Below, in pieces: positions 24,835-37,950 of a DNA stretch of 64,000 bases (positions are counted from its first letter, which is position 1; the number at the start of each line of letters is the position of its first letter). The stretch lies in the NCBI RefSeq assembly GCF_963921235.1, contig NC_086097.1, positions 162,318,001-162,382,000 on the forward strand, given 5' to 3'. Position numbers and translations under genes: made by a program. Under the pieces are notes generated by a model. That model searched no databases, was not told where the DNA came from, and worked only from the letters and a program-made list of their open reading frames with translations. Origin of the DNA: Mobula hypostoma. Its lineage: Eukaryota.

Positions 24835-27595
24835 ACTCACAACACGCTGGAGGAGCTCAGCAGGTCGGGCAGCATCTGTGGAACCCTTCGTCAGGACTGA
24901 AGAGGGAAGTGGCAGAGGCCCTATAAAGAAGGTGGGCGGAGGGTGGGAAGGAGAAGGCTGGTAGGTTCCAGGTGAAAAACCAGTAAGGGGAAAGATAAAG
25001 GGATGGGGGAAGGGAGGCAGGGAGGGGATAGGCAGGAAATGTGAAGAAGGAATAAGGGAAAGCACAATGGGTAGTAGAAGGAGGCGGAACCATGAGGGAG
25101 GTAGTAAGCAGCTGGGGGAGGGGGCAGAGTGAAACTGGAATAGGGGAAGGGAGAGGGAGGGAATTACCGGAAGTTGGAGAATTCAATGTTCATACCAAGG
25201 GGCTGGAGACTACTCAGATGGTATATGAGGTGTTGCTCCTCCAACCAGAGTTTAGCCTCATCATGGCAGTAGAGGAGGTCATGTATGGACATATCGGAAT
25301 GGGAACATGAAGCAGAGTTGAAGTGGGTGGCAACAGGGAGATCCTGTCTGTTGTGGCGGACGGAGTAGAGGCGCTTGACGAAGCGGTCCCCCAATCTGCG
25401 TTGGGTCTCACTGATGTAGAGGAGGCCACACCGGGAGCACCAGATGCAATAGATGACCCCAACAGACTCAAAAGTGAAGTGTTTCCTTGCCTGGAAGGAC
25501 TGTTTGGGGCCCTGAATGGTGGTGAGAGAGGATGTGTAGGGACAGGTGTAGTACTTATGCTTGCAGGGATAAGTGCTGGGTGGGAGATCCATGGGGAGGG
25601 ACGTGTGGACCGGGGAGTTGCGGAGGGAACAATCCCTATGGAAAGCGAAGCAGGGTAGAGAGGGAAAGATGTGCTTAGTGGTGGGATCTTGTTGAAGGTG
25701 GCGGGATCTTGTTGAAGGTGGCGGAAGCTGCGGAGGATAATGTGCTGGATCCAGAGTATAATTTACCTATCACCGCAAACACAAAATACTCTGCAGCTAC
25801 TCGGGTCAAAGCAACACGCACAAAACGTTGGAGGAGCTCAGCAGATCAGGCAGCATCCGTGGAAACGAACAGTCAACAATTTGGGCCAAGACCCTTCATC
25901 AGGACTGAAGAGGGAGGGGGCAGGGGCCCTATAAAGAAGGTCGGGGGGGAGGGTGGGAAGGAGAAGGCTACTAGGTGCCAGGTGAAAAACCAGTAAGGGG
26001 AGAGATCAAGGGGTGGGGGAGGGGAAGCAGGGAGGGGATAAGCAGGAAAGGTGAAGAAGGAATAGGGGAAAGCACAATGGGTAGTAGAAGGAGTTCATCC
26101 TCAGCTACAAAACTCATAATTCCCACACCCCACACTGCTCGGTTTTACCTCCTCCCCAAGATCCACAAGCCTGACTGTTCCAGTAGACCCATAGTTTCTG
26201 CCTGCTCCTGCCCCACCCAACTTGTATCTGCCTACCTGGACTCCATTTTGTCACCCATGGTTCAGTCCGTCCCCACTTACATCTGGGATACATCCCATGC
26301 CCTCCACCTCTTCAATAACTTACAGTTCCCCAGTCCCGACTGCTTCATTTTTATAATGGATGTCCAATCCTTATACACTTCCATTCCCCATCAAGAAGGT
26401 CTCAAAGCCCTCTGCTAATTTCTGGACAATAGACCTCACCAGTTCCCTACCACCACCGCCCTTCTCTGGTTGGCGGAACTGGTACTCACACTTAATGACT
26501 TCTCTTTTGGCTCTTCCCACTTTCTTGAGACCAAGGGTGTAGCTATGGGCACTCACATGGGCCCCAGCTAAGCCTGCCTCTTCATTGGTTATGTGCAACG
26601 GTCTATGCTCCAAACTTATACTGGTACTGCTCCCCAACTTTTCCTTTGCTACATTGACAACTATATTGGTGCTGCTTCCTGCACCCATGCTGAACTCGTC
26701 AATTTCAACGACTTTGCTTCTAACTTCCACCTAGCCCTCAAACTCACTTGGTCCTTCTTGGACACTTCGCTCCCCTTTCTCGATCTCTCGGTCTCCATCT
26801 CTGGAGACAGACTGTCCACTGACATCTTCTATAAGCCCACTGACTCATAACTACCTTGACTGTACCTCTTCCACATGCAAAAATTCCCAGTTCCTCTGTC
26901 TCTGCTGCATCTGCTCCCAGGATGAGGCTTTCCGTTCCAGGGCATCTCAAATGCCCTCTTTCCCGACGCAGATTGGGGGACCGCTTCATCGAGCACCTCC
27001 GCTCCATCTGCCACAACAGACAGGATCTCCTGGTTGCCACCCACTTCAACTCTGCTTCACATTCCCATTCCGATATGTCCATACATGACCTCCTCTACTG
27101 CCATGATGAGGCTAAACTCTGGTTGGAGGAGCAACACCTCATATACCATCTGAGTAGTCTCCAGCCCCTTGGTATGAACATTGAATTCTCCAACTTCCGG
27201 TAATTCCCTCCCTCTCCCTTCCCCTATTCCAGTTTCACTCTGCCCCCTCCCCCAGCTGCTTACTACCTCCCTCATGGTTTCACCTCCTTCTACTACCCAT
27301 TGTGCTTTCCCCTATTCCTTCTTCACCTTTCCTGCCTATCCCCTCCCTGCCTCCCTTCCCCCATCCCTTTATCTTTTCCCTTACTGGTTTTTCACCTGGA
27401 ACCTACCAGCCTTCTCCTTCCCACCCTCCCCCCACCTTCTTTATAGGGCCTCTGCCCCTTCCCTGTTCAGTCCTGACGAAGGGTTCTGGCCCGAAACGTT
27501 GACTGATCGTTTTACGGATGCTGCCGGACCTGCTGAGTTCCTCCAGCATGTTGTGAGTGTTGTTTTGACCCCAGCATCTGCAGAGTATTTTGTGT
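24835..27595. mobile_element. Composite Penelope-like element (two minus-strand parts followed by a plus-strand RT/GIY-YIG part)
   Basis: RT FYLLPKIHKPDC..RPIVSAC, MDVQSLYTSIPH; GIY-YIG VIYCI.C.RCGLLYI.ET.RRLGDRF; flanked by duplicated CTATGAAATGC (24821 and 27596). Confidence 0.9.
27467..27506 (+). ncRNA. Minimal type I hammerhead ribozyme motif in Penelope pLTR
   Basis: Helix I TCAGTC/GACTGA; core CTGACGA; helix II GGGT/GCCC; GAAAC-GTT with loopless palindromic ACGT helix III; such minimal hammerheads are an established feature of Penelope-like elements. Confidence 0.78.
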
Positions 27596-27952
27596 CTATG
27601 AAATGCTTTCTCACCTGTGGGAATTGAAGATTCAAAGACCACGTTAGAGCCCTTGCAACCTCCCTCGTTTCCAACAACATTCACTTAGTTAAATCTCATT
27701 CAGTCCTGGAGGATTTATCCAACAGTGTCTCTTGCAAGACTTCTAAAACTTAATGCTTACATGCCCCAAGCTATTATTGTACCCCTCCCTGAACTTGTTA
27801 TCCTCCACATCCATGTCTTTGGTAAATACAAATGAGATTGGTTCAGTAAAAATTCCAAGTTTTATGTGTGTTGGTGTAAAAGGTAGAAATTGTTAATTTT
27901 GATTAATATATGGTAGCTCTTTTTAAGTTGTGCAATTCAATTTCTCATCTAG

Positions 27953-28142
27953 ATCCATCTTCCTCAACACCACCAGTACAGACACTGACAACCTTCAAAC
28001 CTCCTGCAAGACCTGATTTTGGCAGTATGGGTCGACCAATCAAGCTTCAGGCCAACTTCTTTGAGGTGGACATTCCAAAAATTGAAATCTATCATTATGA
28101 TATAGATATAAAGCCTGACAAATGCCCAAGAAGAGTAAACAG
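27953..28142 (+). CDS. AGO2: Argonaute-2 exon 2
   Basis: ag|ATCCA...AACAG|gtaatg; [64 protein letters not shown]; 190 nt. Confidence 0.96.
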
Positions 28143-28559
28143 GTAATGTGAAATAAATTTGTATCATATGCCAATTAAATTTTAACATGTTTACAAAACA
28201 TTGTCGACTCTTTGTTAGCCAATAATTTGGAAGGAAGAGGACTCTGGCAGACGGTTGATTGTATAGATATCAATTAAACAGAAAATAGTCCTTTTCTAGA
28301 GGGGAGGAAGCAGAGCAATAACAAGAACTTATTCGAATAATTTTTGCAGAAAATGAGTAGAGAAACTTAGGCAAATTATTTATGAAGTCTGTCTCTGTGG
28401 CTTGAAGTAAATTTGTGTACTGGTTTGATTGGCAGGTTGTTCTCATTCTGTGTCAGAATATGGTGAGTCAATTGGAATGAAAATTGATTACTTTCATTAG
28501 CATGTGTGACCTGAAGGAGGAAGTCAGTAATCTGTCTGTGCTGTTTAACCTGGAGTGTG

Positions 28560-29360
28560 ATAGGACTGAAGTCCATTTCGGTTGGGATGGTAGGATGGCA
28601 GGAGAAATGAATAGCCAGTATAAAGGTGAAACCAGGTGAAGAAAGGGATAGTGGGCAGATGGAGCCAGGTAATAGGAGAGCGGAGGTAGTGTCAGGCAAG
28701 AAGATGATAAATGGAGACAACAAAGGGATGCAGATTATGGAATCTGTTTTAAAAAAAAAGGAAGGCAGTATATGAAATCAAATACGAAGGCATTATGGGG
28801 GTAAAGGACCCATTGGGAGAGGGAACCGAAGACGCAGTGGGTTATATGTGTGGGTTTTGGACATTGGAAACCAGTTAGGAAATATTTTTGGTAAGAAGCG
28901 CTAAGCATTAAGTTTTTCATTTTCAGGTAACCCACATCCCGTGTTCCTTTTCTCCTCATTTTGATCAACCCAGCTTCCTCTTCCTTTTGTCCCCTGCTGA
29001 TTCCATCTGCCCATTATCCCTCCCTTATCTGGCTCTATATCACTTATTTTACAAATCAGATTCCAGAATCTGTGGCCCTTTGTTGTCTTCACTTATCACC
29101 TTCTAGCCTCAGTTTTTATCTGCACTGCCTCCCCCTCCCCTCCTACCTAGCTCTATTTGCCCATCATCCCACTACTCACCTGATTCCACATATTGGTTGC
29201 CAGTTCCTGCCTCATCCTTCCCCTTCAGTTTATCCTGGCCATTCCTCTGTACACACTCAGTCCTGAGGTAGTGTTTTGACCTAAAATATCAATTATCCCA
29301 TTGCCTCCTTCAGCAGTTTGTTTTTTGCTCTGGATTGTAGCATTTGCAGTCTCTTGTGAT
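28560..29360. mobile_element. Old Penelope pLTR pair in opposite orientations
   Basis: Purine-rich half then pyrimidine-rich half with mirrored motifs; degenerate CAGTCCTGA..AAAATATC hammerhead remnant near 29258-29295. Confidence 0.6.
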
Positions 29361-30558
29361 TCCATATGTTCAAGGATCCCTGGGAAAGCTGAAATCAATG
29401 GGGTTCAAAGTGAAAACACTCCAGTGGTTAGAGTCATACACAAAAGTGATCGTAATTGTTGGTGGTCAGTCATCTCCACCCCAGGAAGCAATGAAGGAAT
29501 TTTTTTTTTATCAATCTATCAATTTCAACTGCTTCAAGCAAGAACTTTTTCTTTACAAGATCAGAAATGGAAAGCGATTGCTTGGGATTTAATTATGTGT
29601 GTCCTTTGCAAATGAAGCATTTTGTGCTTTCACATAACAGTTTTCAAGCTTGGGATAATAAATGACATGTAGCATTTTTGTCACTTTGAGTAACAGCAAT
29701 AGGCCATTTCAAACAAAATTGATGAACAATTGTCTCCTTGATCTTTAATGGTATCACTGTTGATTGTTCCCTTGTTATATTTTAAAAGTCACTGACTAGA
29801 AACTTAATTGGGCAAGCTGCCTAAATGCTCTGGCTAAAGATCAGTTCAGAGGTCGGGTATACTGCAACAAGTGACTTGCCTCCCACTCCATAGAACTCTC
29901 CCACGGTATCCTGTTGCAAGTCAGGAATCTGATGTTATATTTTTAATTTGGCTAGGTGAGTGTAGCCTCAAAATACTGGAAGCTTGATGTTATCTAAGTC
30001 CAAACAAACTAAGTTTGACAAAAAATTGCAAATAGTGAGAATCTGAAACAAAAACAGAATGTTTGGACAGTTGGGAGGCCCAGTGGAATATGTGATTGAT
30101 TATATGTTTCAGGTTGAAGACAGTTTGTCATAACTGAGATAGAGAAAGGAGTTAGTTATAAATTGCAGAGAACCAGATGGCAAGAATGTATGGGACAGAG
30201 GATGGCTGTTGTTCAAGAGGGGCTCACCAGCACTTTGTCAGTGATACTTACATCCTTAAAAACAATTAAGTACAAGCTGCTTCAAATCAGCTGTGATCAA
30301 TGTTCAAAAGTTGATACAGAGGAACATAATTATTGATAAACTCGTCAGTCCTGATGCAAAGTTTTGACTGGAACATCAGCAGTTACCCCTTCACCTAAAA
30401 TCTTCCGGCAGGTTATTTGATGCTATGTTTAATAATTCTCTTTTTTAGGAGCCATTTCATAGCAGTGTGAGGGTACAAATTGAAAAGTTTATCCTTGCAT
30501 TAAGAATTTATTTAAGAAGTTGAATTGTGAAATAATTTTGGAACATTTTTATTTATAG

Positions 30559-30679
30559 GGAAATTGTGGAACACATGGTTCAACATTTTAAAAATCAGAT
30601 CTTTGGTGATAGAAAACCAGTGTTCGACGGAAGAAAGAATCTCTACACTGCTATGCCTCTTCCAATAGGGAGAGACAGG
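30559..30679 (+). CDS. AGO2: Argonaute-2 exon 3
   Basis: ag|G...GACAGG|gtgagt; [40 protein letters not shown]; 121 nt; not in the ORF track. Confidence 0.96.
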
Positions 30680-32655
30680 GTGAGTAAAGTTACCAACTTC
30701 CACTAAATGCTTGTTTATGAAGTCAGGTTAAGTGCTGCTTTTATCACAGCTATACAGCATGGAATCAGGCTGGTTGGACTGAAGATGCACCATCCAAACA
30801 ATTCCATTTGCCAAAGTTTGGCCCATGAGGTTTGAAAAATGTAGCATATAAGCATTCCATAGTGATGCCCTTATAAACATGGTCTGTGTAGCTGGGAAGT
30901 GAGAGCCAGAAAGCAAGTAAGATTTGTGAACATCTTGAGGTAATGTACATCAGAGGGAAAATTTCTTTCAAAAGTGATGCTTGAATTTTGAATGTAATTA
31001 TATAAAAACAAACTGTGTAAGGCTTTCGTTTTTTTTTTAAAGCCTTAGATTCAAATATGTATAAATAACCAGATATGGGCTTGTATGTTTGAAGTACTCA
31101 GCATGAAACAGAGCCGAAATTTACTGTGGAACTCGAGAGCTAACAAAGGCACTATTTATGAATAAAAGATGTGCATAATTTTATCTGGGTAATGTATTTG
31201 CAACAATTGGGTTGACTGAACTTGTTGGTTTGTATTTTTTCCAGAGAATTTTCGTTTCCTTAACCCACAGTTTTCTGGAAAAAAAAAGTCCTGACCATGG
31301 ATCTCAGCAAACCAGCTGCATTAAATAAAATATTCTGGCTTTCATTTCAAGGTAGCTGCCACCCCTTTCAGTAAACACTGTACTATAAGCTAAATGGCAG
31401 AGTTTGTATTTTGGTGTTTGGCTAACGTGAATAATTTAGGAGAATTCACTCATTATAAAGTTTGCATTTTTGTTATTGAGAAGTTGAAGATGTTTTGGCT
31501 ACTCCTTCATTGACACTTGTCAGGCAATCTCAATGAAGAGTTGATGGCTTCTATGTAGACTTGGATAGTACTGGACAATTGCATAACAATTGTTTTTCGA
31601 GGTGTTTGCTACATAAAATTGGCTAGTATACTCAATAGCTTTCATATTTTTAATGTAGCAGAAACAAAATCATATTCAGACTGCAGCAAATATACAAGTG
31701 TGGTTTTTTCCAGGTTTCATGAAATAATTAACACTGAATTGCTACCATTAAATCAGTGCATTACTGTGCACAGATTTTGATTTGATGTAGCTGAGACCAC
31801 AAATGTTAGCCATACCAACAACTTGCATTTAACACCTGATCTAGTAAAATGTTCCACGGTGTTTCATAGGAGCTTAAAAGCTAAATTTGATCCTAAGATG
31901 CATAAAATATGCCAAAAAGCAGCTGAAGGTTTGTCTATCAATGAGAATCCATGGTGCATTCAGCCAAATCGAATTGGAGGAGTACAGATTTGGAGAGGAA
32001 AAATTAAATTTGAAACATAACCCATGTGAATGCCAGTGTTGGCTGGCAAGCCCACATGCAGCAGTTAAATGGCTCTGAGTAATGATGTAGGTAGCAGAAG
32101 TAACTGTTGGTTCATGGAAAGTGCAAGTCAGCAAGGCTGGCAGGTGTGCATTGCAATGCCAAATTTAGAGCTAACAAAGATACTGCAAGTTTCAGTAGCA
32201 TTCAACTTAAGATAGGACAGTGACAGCAATGGTACAGGTATAAGAGGTCACTGGCATGTCTGAAGAGGATATAGCTAAGGAAGCTTTGAAAGAATACTTT
32301 CCATGATTACAAAATTGTGAGATAATGTCAGGCAGAGAGAATTTTAGTTGGATATAAGTTCTAGTACTCCCTTGGGATATGTTGAACGTGTGCTGTTCGT
32401 TACATGTTACACCTTTCTCTAACTGGTTAATAAATTGTTCATTATTACTTACTGTTTTATGAATAAAACCATTTCATATGTTTGCTTGTATTTTCTGTTT
32501 ACTCCAGTTTATGAAATTTCCATGTAGATGTAATCTCAATATGTGCGTTGGTTACAATGACTAATGCTTTAAGTATTCTTGTTTATCCAAAAGATCTGGT
32601 TATCGTTTGTTGACTTACTGTTCCCTTTTTAATGTTTTGTTTTCCTTTTAAACAG

Positions 32656-32837
32656 GTGGAGCTAGAAGTGACTTTACCAGGTGAAGGAAAGGATAGAATT
32701 TTTAAGGTGGTGATAAAGTGGGTGGCATGTGTCAGCCTCCAAGCCTTGCATGATGCACTTTCAGGTCGACTCCCAGCAATTCCTTTTGAATCTATTCAAG
32801 CACTAGATGTAGTGATGAGACATCTGCCGTCCATGAG
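32656..32837 (+). CDS. AGO2: Argonaute-2 exon 4
   Basis: [63 protein letters not shown]2-type [14 protein letters not shown] segment without the AGO3 insertion; ag/gt; 182 nt. Confidence 0.97.
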
Positions 32838-33250
32838 GTGAGGAAAAAATATCCAGTAACAAAAATGGGAATTTAGCTGATGTTTTGCTGGCATTTCTGA
32901 ATGTTAAAGGAAATAACTGATGTAAAAACAGTATATTGAAATGAACTGCCTTTGAAGTTTCCTGATCCTTGCTGCATTCTCACATAATGCTAAATTTTCA
33001 AATTAAAAAGAAAATTTTTAATTTCTTTTCGAAGAGTGAGATTACACCACAGATTAATTAGAAAGGAAATATGGGAGGAAGCTTTTTGTACTTTGTCATG
33101 CACTTGGTCACTTTAAAAGCAAATGTAATCAGACTCTTTATTTCCTGAGGCATGATAATTGGCACAACATTAAATATACGAGTGGCTTATTCTGTTGCAC
33201 ATCTCTAAAGTCTGAAGTCTTCAGTTTATCAACACATAATTTGCATTATG

Positions 33251-33680
33251 TCTCAGACGGAATATAAGGTGTTGTTCCTCCAACCTGAGTGTGGTTTCAT
33301 CTATACAGTAGAGGAGGCCGTGGATAGACATATCAAAATGGGAATGGGATGTGGAATTAAAATGTGTGGCCACTGTTCAGCGAAACGGTCTCCCAGCCTG
33401 CGTTGGGTCTCGCCAATATATAGAAGGCTGCACTGGGAGCACCGGACGCAATATGTCACACCAGCCGACTCACAGGTGAAATGTCGCCTCACCTGGAAGG
33501 ACTGTCTGGGGCCCTGAATGGTGGTGAGGGAGGAAGTGTAAGGGCATGTTCCGCTTACAAGGATAAACATCGAAACGTCGACTGTACTTCTTCCTATAGA
33601 TGCTGCCTGGCCTGCTGCGTTCACCAGCATTTTTTGTGTGTGTTGCTTGAATTTCCAGCATCTGCAGATTTCCTCGTGTC
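33251..33680. mobile_element. Penelope-like fragment with inversion
   Basis: Minus-strand GIY-YIG piece joined to a plus-strand pLTR end starting CGAAACGTCGACTG near 33571. Confidence 0.82.
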
Positions 33681-33930
33681 TGCCTCCTCCATCCTACTTG
33701 AGTATTCTAGAATTAATATTGTTATTGTACAGTGCTGCAATTTTTTGCTCCTTTGAAACTAATGAAAAGGAAAATGTGTATTTCTTACATTAACTTCTCA
33801 TCAGTATTTGAGAGATTGTGAGAATGCACCACTTATTTTGAAAAAGGTGCTGCAAAAATATCTTTATAAGTTAACTATGTAGTTGCACAATGATTACATT
33901 CTATCCAGTTAAAGCATTTGTTTTTAACAG

Positions 33931-34067
33931 GTACACTCCAGTAGGCCGTTCATTCTTCACACCATCAGAGGGATGCTCCAATCCACTAGGTGGGGGCAGG
34001 GAAGTCTGGTTTGGATTTCATCAGTCAGTCAGGCCGTCATTATGGAAAATGATGCTTAATATTGATG
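33931..34067 (+). CDS. AGO2: Argonaute-2 exon 5 (L1 linker)
   Basis: [45 protein letters not shown]; ag/gt; 137 nt. Confidence 0.97.
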
Positions 34068-35765
34068 GTAGGTTTCAGAGGTTAGCATCTTGCACTAATT
34101 TATTCTTTTTTGTTCCAATGTATTCAGTTTTAAAGTGTCTACCTTTTCGTTTTCAATTCAAGGGCTTTGCATGATATGTGGGAAAAAATTATGGATTACA
34201 GTTTGTGGTGGGATGAGGCGGGAGTAAGAAAAATAATGATAAGACTTATCAAAAAAACTTTGAGGCACATTAACTCGATAATTTTCTGTAAAATGAGATA
34301 AGAAGCCTGTTTCAATTTGCTTGTTTCTTCCCTTAAAAAGAAACTTGTGTACACTTAGGCCTTGAGCCTCCACAGTGGCAGGTAAAGTTTTTTTCCCATT
34401 TTATCGGTAAGATAACGAAGGGAAACTGTACAATATATTAAATCTCTATTCTGAAAGAACATTCTTCTATTCTGAGGCTGTGCCTTCTGGTCCTGGATTC
34501 ACTCACTATAGGAAACATCGTCTCCACATCCATTCTACCAGGCCTTTCAATATTTGATAGGTTTCACTGAGATTTCTCTCTTTCCCCCCGCCCCCACCAT
34601 TGCTCTGAACTTCAGTGAGTGCAGGCCCAGAGCCATAAAATGCTCCTCATGTGTTAACCCTTTCATTCCCGGGGTATTTCTCATGAACCTCCTCTGTACC
34701 CTCTCCAATGCTGGTACACCTTTTTTTCAGGTAGTGGCCCAAAGTTGTTCACAATACTCCATGTGCTGTCTGACCAGTGCCTTATAAAGCCTCAGCGTTA
34801 TATCGTTGCTTTCGTATTTTAGTCGCCTTGAAATGAATGCTAACATTATATTTGCTTTCCTTACCAACCACTCAACATGCATGTTTAACCTTTAGGGAAT
34901 CCTGCACAAGCAATCCCATATCCCTTTGCACCTCAGATTTCTGAATTTTCTCTCCATTTAGAAAATAGTATACACCTTTATTCCTTCTACCATATACTTC
35001 CCTGCACAGTATTCCATCTGCCACTTCTTTACCCATTCTAATTTTTCTGTCCTTATGCAGACTCCCTGCTTCCTCAGCACTGCCTGCCCCTCCACCTATC
35101 TACGTGTTGTCCATAAACTTGGCCACAAAGCCGTCAATTCTGTCATTCAAATTATTGACATATAATGTAAAAAGAAACTGTCCCAAAATCGACCCCTGTG
35201 GAATACAATTACTCATGGGCAGCCAACCAGAAAAAGCCCCTATTAATCCCCACTCTTTGCCTCCTGCCATTCAGCCAATCTTTTATCAATCTTTCCTGTA
35301 ATACCATAGGCTTTTATCTTAAAATCCAATTAGCAACATCTACTGACTCTCCTTTGTCTATCCTATCTGATATTTCTCAAAATATTCCAACAGATTTGTC
35401 GGGTAAGGTTTCCCCTTGCCTGACAAGAAACCATGCTGAATTCAGCCTATTTTATCATGTGTTTCCAAGTACATTGAAACTTCATCTTTACTAATAGACT
35501 CCAGCATTTTCCCAATGACTGAATTCACGCTAACTGGCCTATAAATTCCTAACTTTTGCCGCCTGCCTTCTTGAAGAATGGAGTGTCATTTGTGATTTTC
35601 CAGTCCTCCAAAACCTTTCCAGAATTTACTAATTTGTGAAAGATCATTACTAATGCCTCCGCAATCTGTTCAACTGCCTTTTAGAACCCTGAGGTGTATT
35701 CATCTGGTCCAGATGACTTATCTACCTTCAGACCTTTCAGCTTCCCAAGCACCTTCTTCTTAGTA

Positions 35766-36703
35766 CAGGTTGAGTACCCTTATCCAAAATGCTTAGGGCC
35801 AGAAGTGTTTTGGATTTTAAATTTTTTGGGATTTTGCCATGTATAACGAGATAGTTTGGGATTGCCATAATTTGTGGCTCTAAATTTATGTGCTACTTCT
35901 ATGCAGTTTTTGTCTTGGACTTCTTCCTTACATATATGTACTTAACAGTAAAAATTATTAAATACCATTAATATAACGAAGACGCAATGTGTACAGGGTA
36001 ACAGAAGCAGCACAGCAGCATCAGGCGAATACCTGAATCAACTGTTCAACAGCAGTAAACACCAGGCTGTCAGTCACCACCTGCGATGCTGTGGTTTGAT
36101 TAAAAGGTTATAGTACACTGTATTTGTTTTTTTTTCCTACTTTGTGTTTATGCAAAGTATAAAAATCTGCGTTGTAGACTTATTCTGGTGTTAGATTTTG
36201 TCAGTGATGCTTTAAAAAACTTAATGTCGTTATATAAGTTATAAAAACAATCAGCATCTTAGACTTGTTCTGGTGCTAGATTTTGTGACCAGCAGATGCT
36301 TTAAAAATTTAATGCCATGCCCTTTCTTAAATTTCTGCAACCAACCTGGCTGAATATTCACAATTACCTTCAATTTTTAGTTTGCCGTCATAAATCTTTG
36401 CTTGTTTCTTGATCAGCATACAGTTAAGTGGCATATGTTCATTCCAAGGCTGATGATACCTGATTGAGATCTTCATTATTTGCTTTATACAATGTTTTAT
36501 CTATTTTTTATTAACCTCTGTTCATTAGATATGTGAGGGCACTTCTTTGAGCTGGCTGGTGCACAGAGACCTGTGCGTTGCTGAGGAACCCTCCCAACAT
36601 CTTGTGGAATTTGCCATTTGTGACGTCATGTCAGTGCTTTAAAAAAAATCAGATTTTGGAAGTTTTTGGATTTTTGAATTTTGAATAACGGGTACTCAAC
36701 CTG
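35766..36703. mobile_element. Tigger-like MITE (Tigger4/MER46-type ends)
   Basis: TIRs CAGGTTGAGTACCC...GGGTACTCAACCTG with TA TSD; splits a CR1 at TAGTA|ATAGCAAC (uninterrupted version near 5348). Confidence 0.9.
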
Positions 36704-37132
36704 TAATAGCAACTACAGTCCTGCCCCATGACAGTCTTGAATTTCTGGCACACTGCTGTTATCTTTCACAGTGAAAACTGATGTAAAATTATTATTTGTC
36801 TCTCTCCTCCCCCCCTCCCCCCCCATTACTACGTTTTTGGCATCATTTTCCAGTGATCCGATATCCACTGTTGCCTCCTTTTTAACTCTTTATATATCTT
36901 GGGGGGGGGGGGAACCTTTTGGTATCTTCTTGTACATACTGGTGAACTTGCCTTCATATTTCATCTTTTTTCTCTTTATTGCTTTTTTTTTAGTTTCCTT
37001 CTGTTGGTGTCTAAAAGCTTCCCAATACTCTATCTTCATGCTAATTTTTGCTAGATTGTATGTCCTCTCTTTTGTTTTTGCTGTTTTTGACTTTCCTTGC
37101 CATGGTTGTGTCATCTTGCCCTTAGAATACTA

Positions 37133-37950
37133 CAGGTGCACATTCCTTTATCCGAAATTCTGAAATCTAAAAAGCTCCGAAAACCAAAGTTTTTTTTCGC
37201 TAACAGCTGACGTCACTCAGGTGTGACGTGGCAGCACTAGCAGAGGCCGCCAGATGTCAGTTGTGGCTCATCGTTCGTACTGGTTACACATGCATTTGCT
37301 GTTCGCTGATATTTTGTGTTCACTGTTGACTTTGTGTTTAATTTCACTGTGAAAGCTGCAGATACCCCTATGGGTAACAATGAGAAAAAGAGAAGGAATC
37401 TTCTCTATCAATAACGCAGAAAGTGGAGTTATTGCAGAAGCTTGATCGTGGTGTGTCTGTGCTGCGTCTTACTGAAGGAAAATAGTGTCGGAACTACCAC
37501 TGTATATGATTTAAGTAAACAGAAAGACAAGTTACTGAAGTTTTATAGTGACAGTGGCATTCTGTATTTATTCCAATAAGTCATTTACCATGTGTTTGAT
37601 TTGGTTCGTTTGAAGCTGTATATTTTTATGTTTTATTGAATATTTTTGTTGTAAATAAAATTTATTCTTGTCATTATTCCCTAAACAATACAGTATAACA
37701 ATTATTTACATAGCACTTACATTGTATTAGGTATTATAAGTAATCCAGAATGATTTAAAGTACATGGGAGGATTTGCGTAGGTTTGGTGTGCCGCCGGGT
37801 CCTAAAGTCAACCGCACTGAGACAGGTTAAATAAGGGTCTTGAGCATACATGTTTTTTGGTGTCGGGGGGGGGTGGGTAGGTTCTGAAATCCAAAAAAAT
37901 TCTGAAATGCAACTGGCCCCAAGGATTTCGGATAAGGGATTGTGGACCTG
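37133..37950 (+). mobile_element. Tigger-like deletion derivative with transposase N-terminal HTH remnant
   Basis: TIRs CAGGTGCACATTCCTTTATCCGAAAT / ATTTCGGATAAGGGATTGTGGACCTG, TA TSD; QKVELLQKLDRGVSV...VGTTTVYDL remnant. Confidence 0.88.

Noticed and set aside
23545..27684. Many overlapping short ORFs as novel genes
   Set aside because: All are alternative frames or antisense translations of Penelope and Rex1 fragments.
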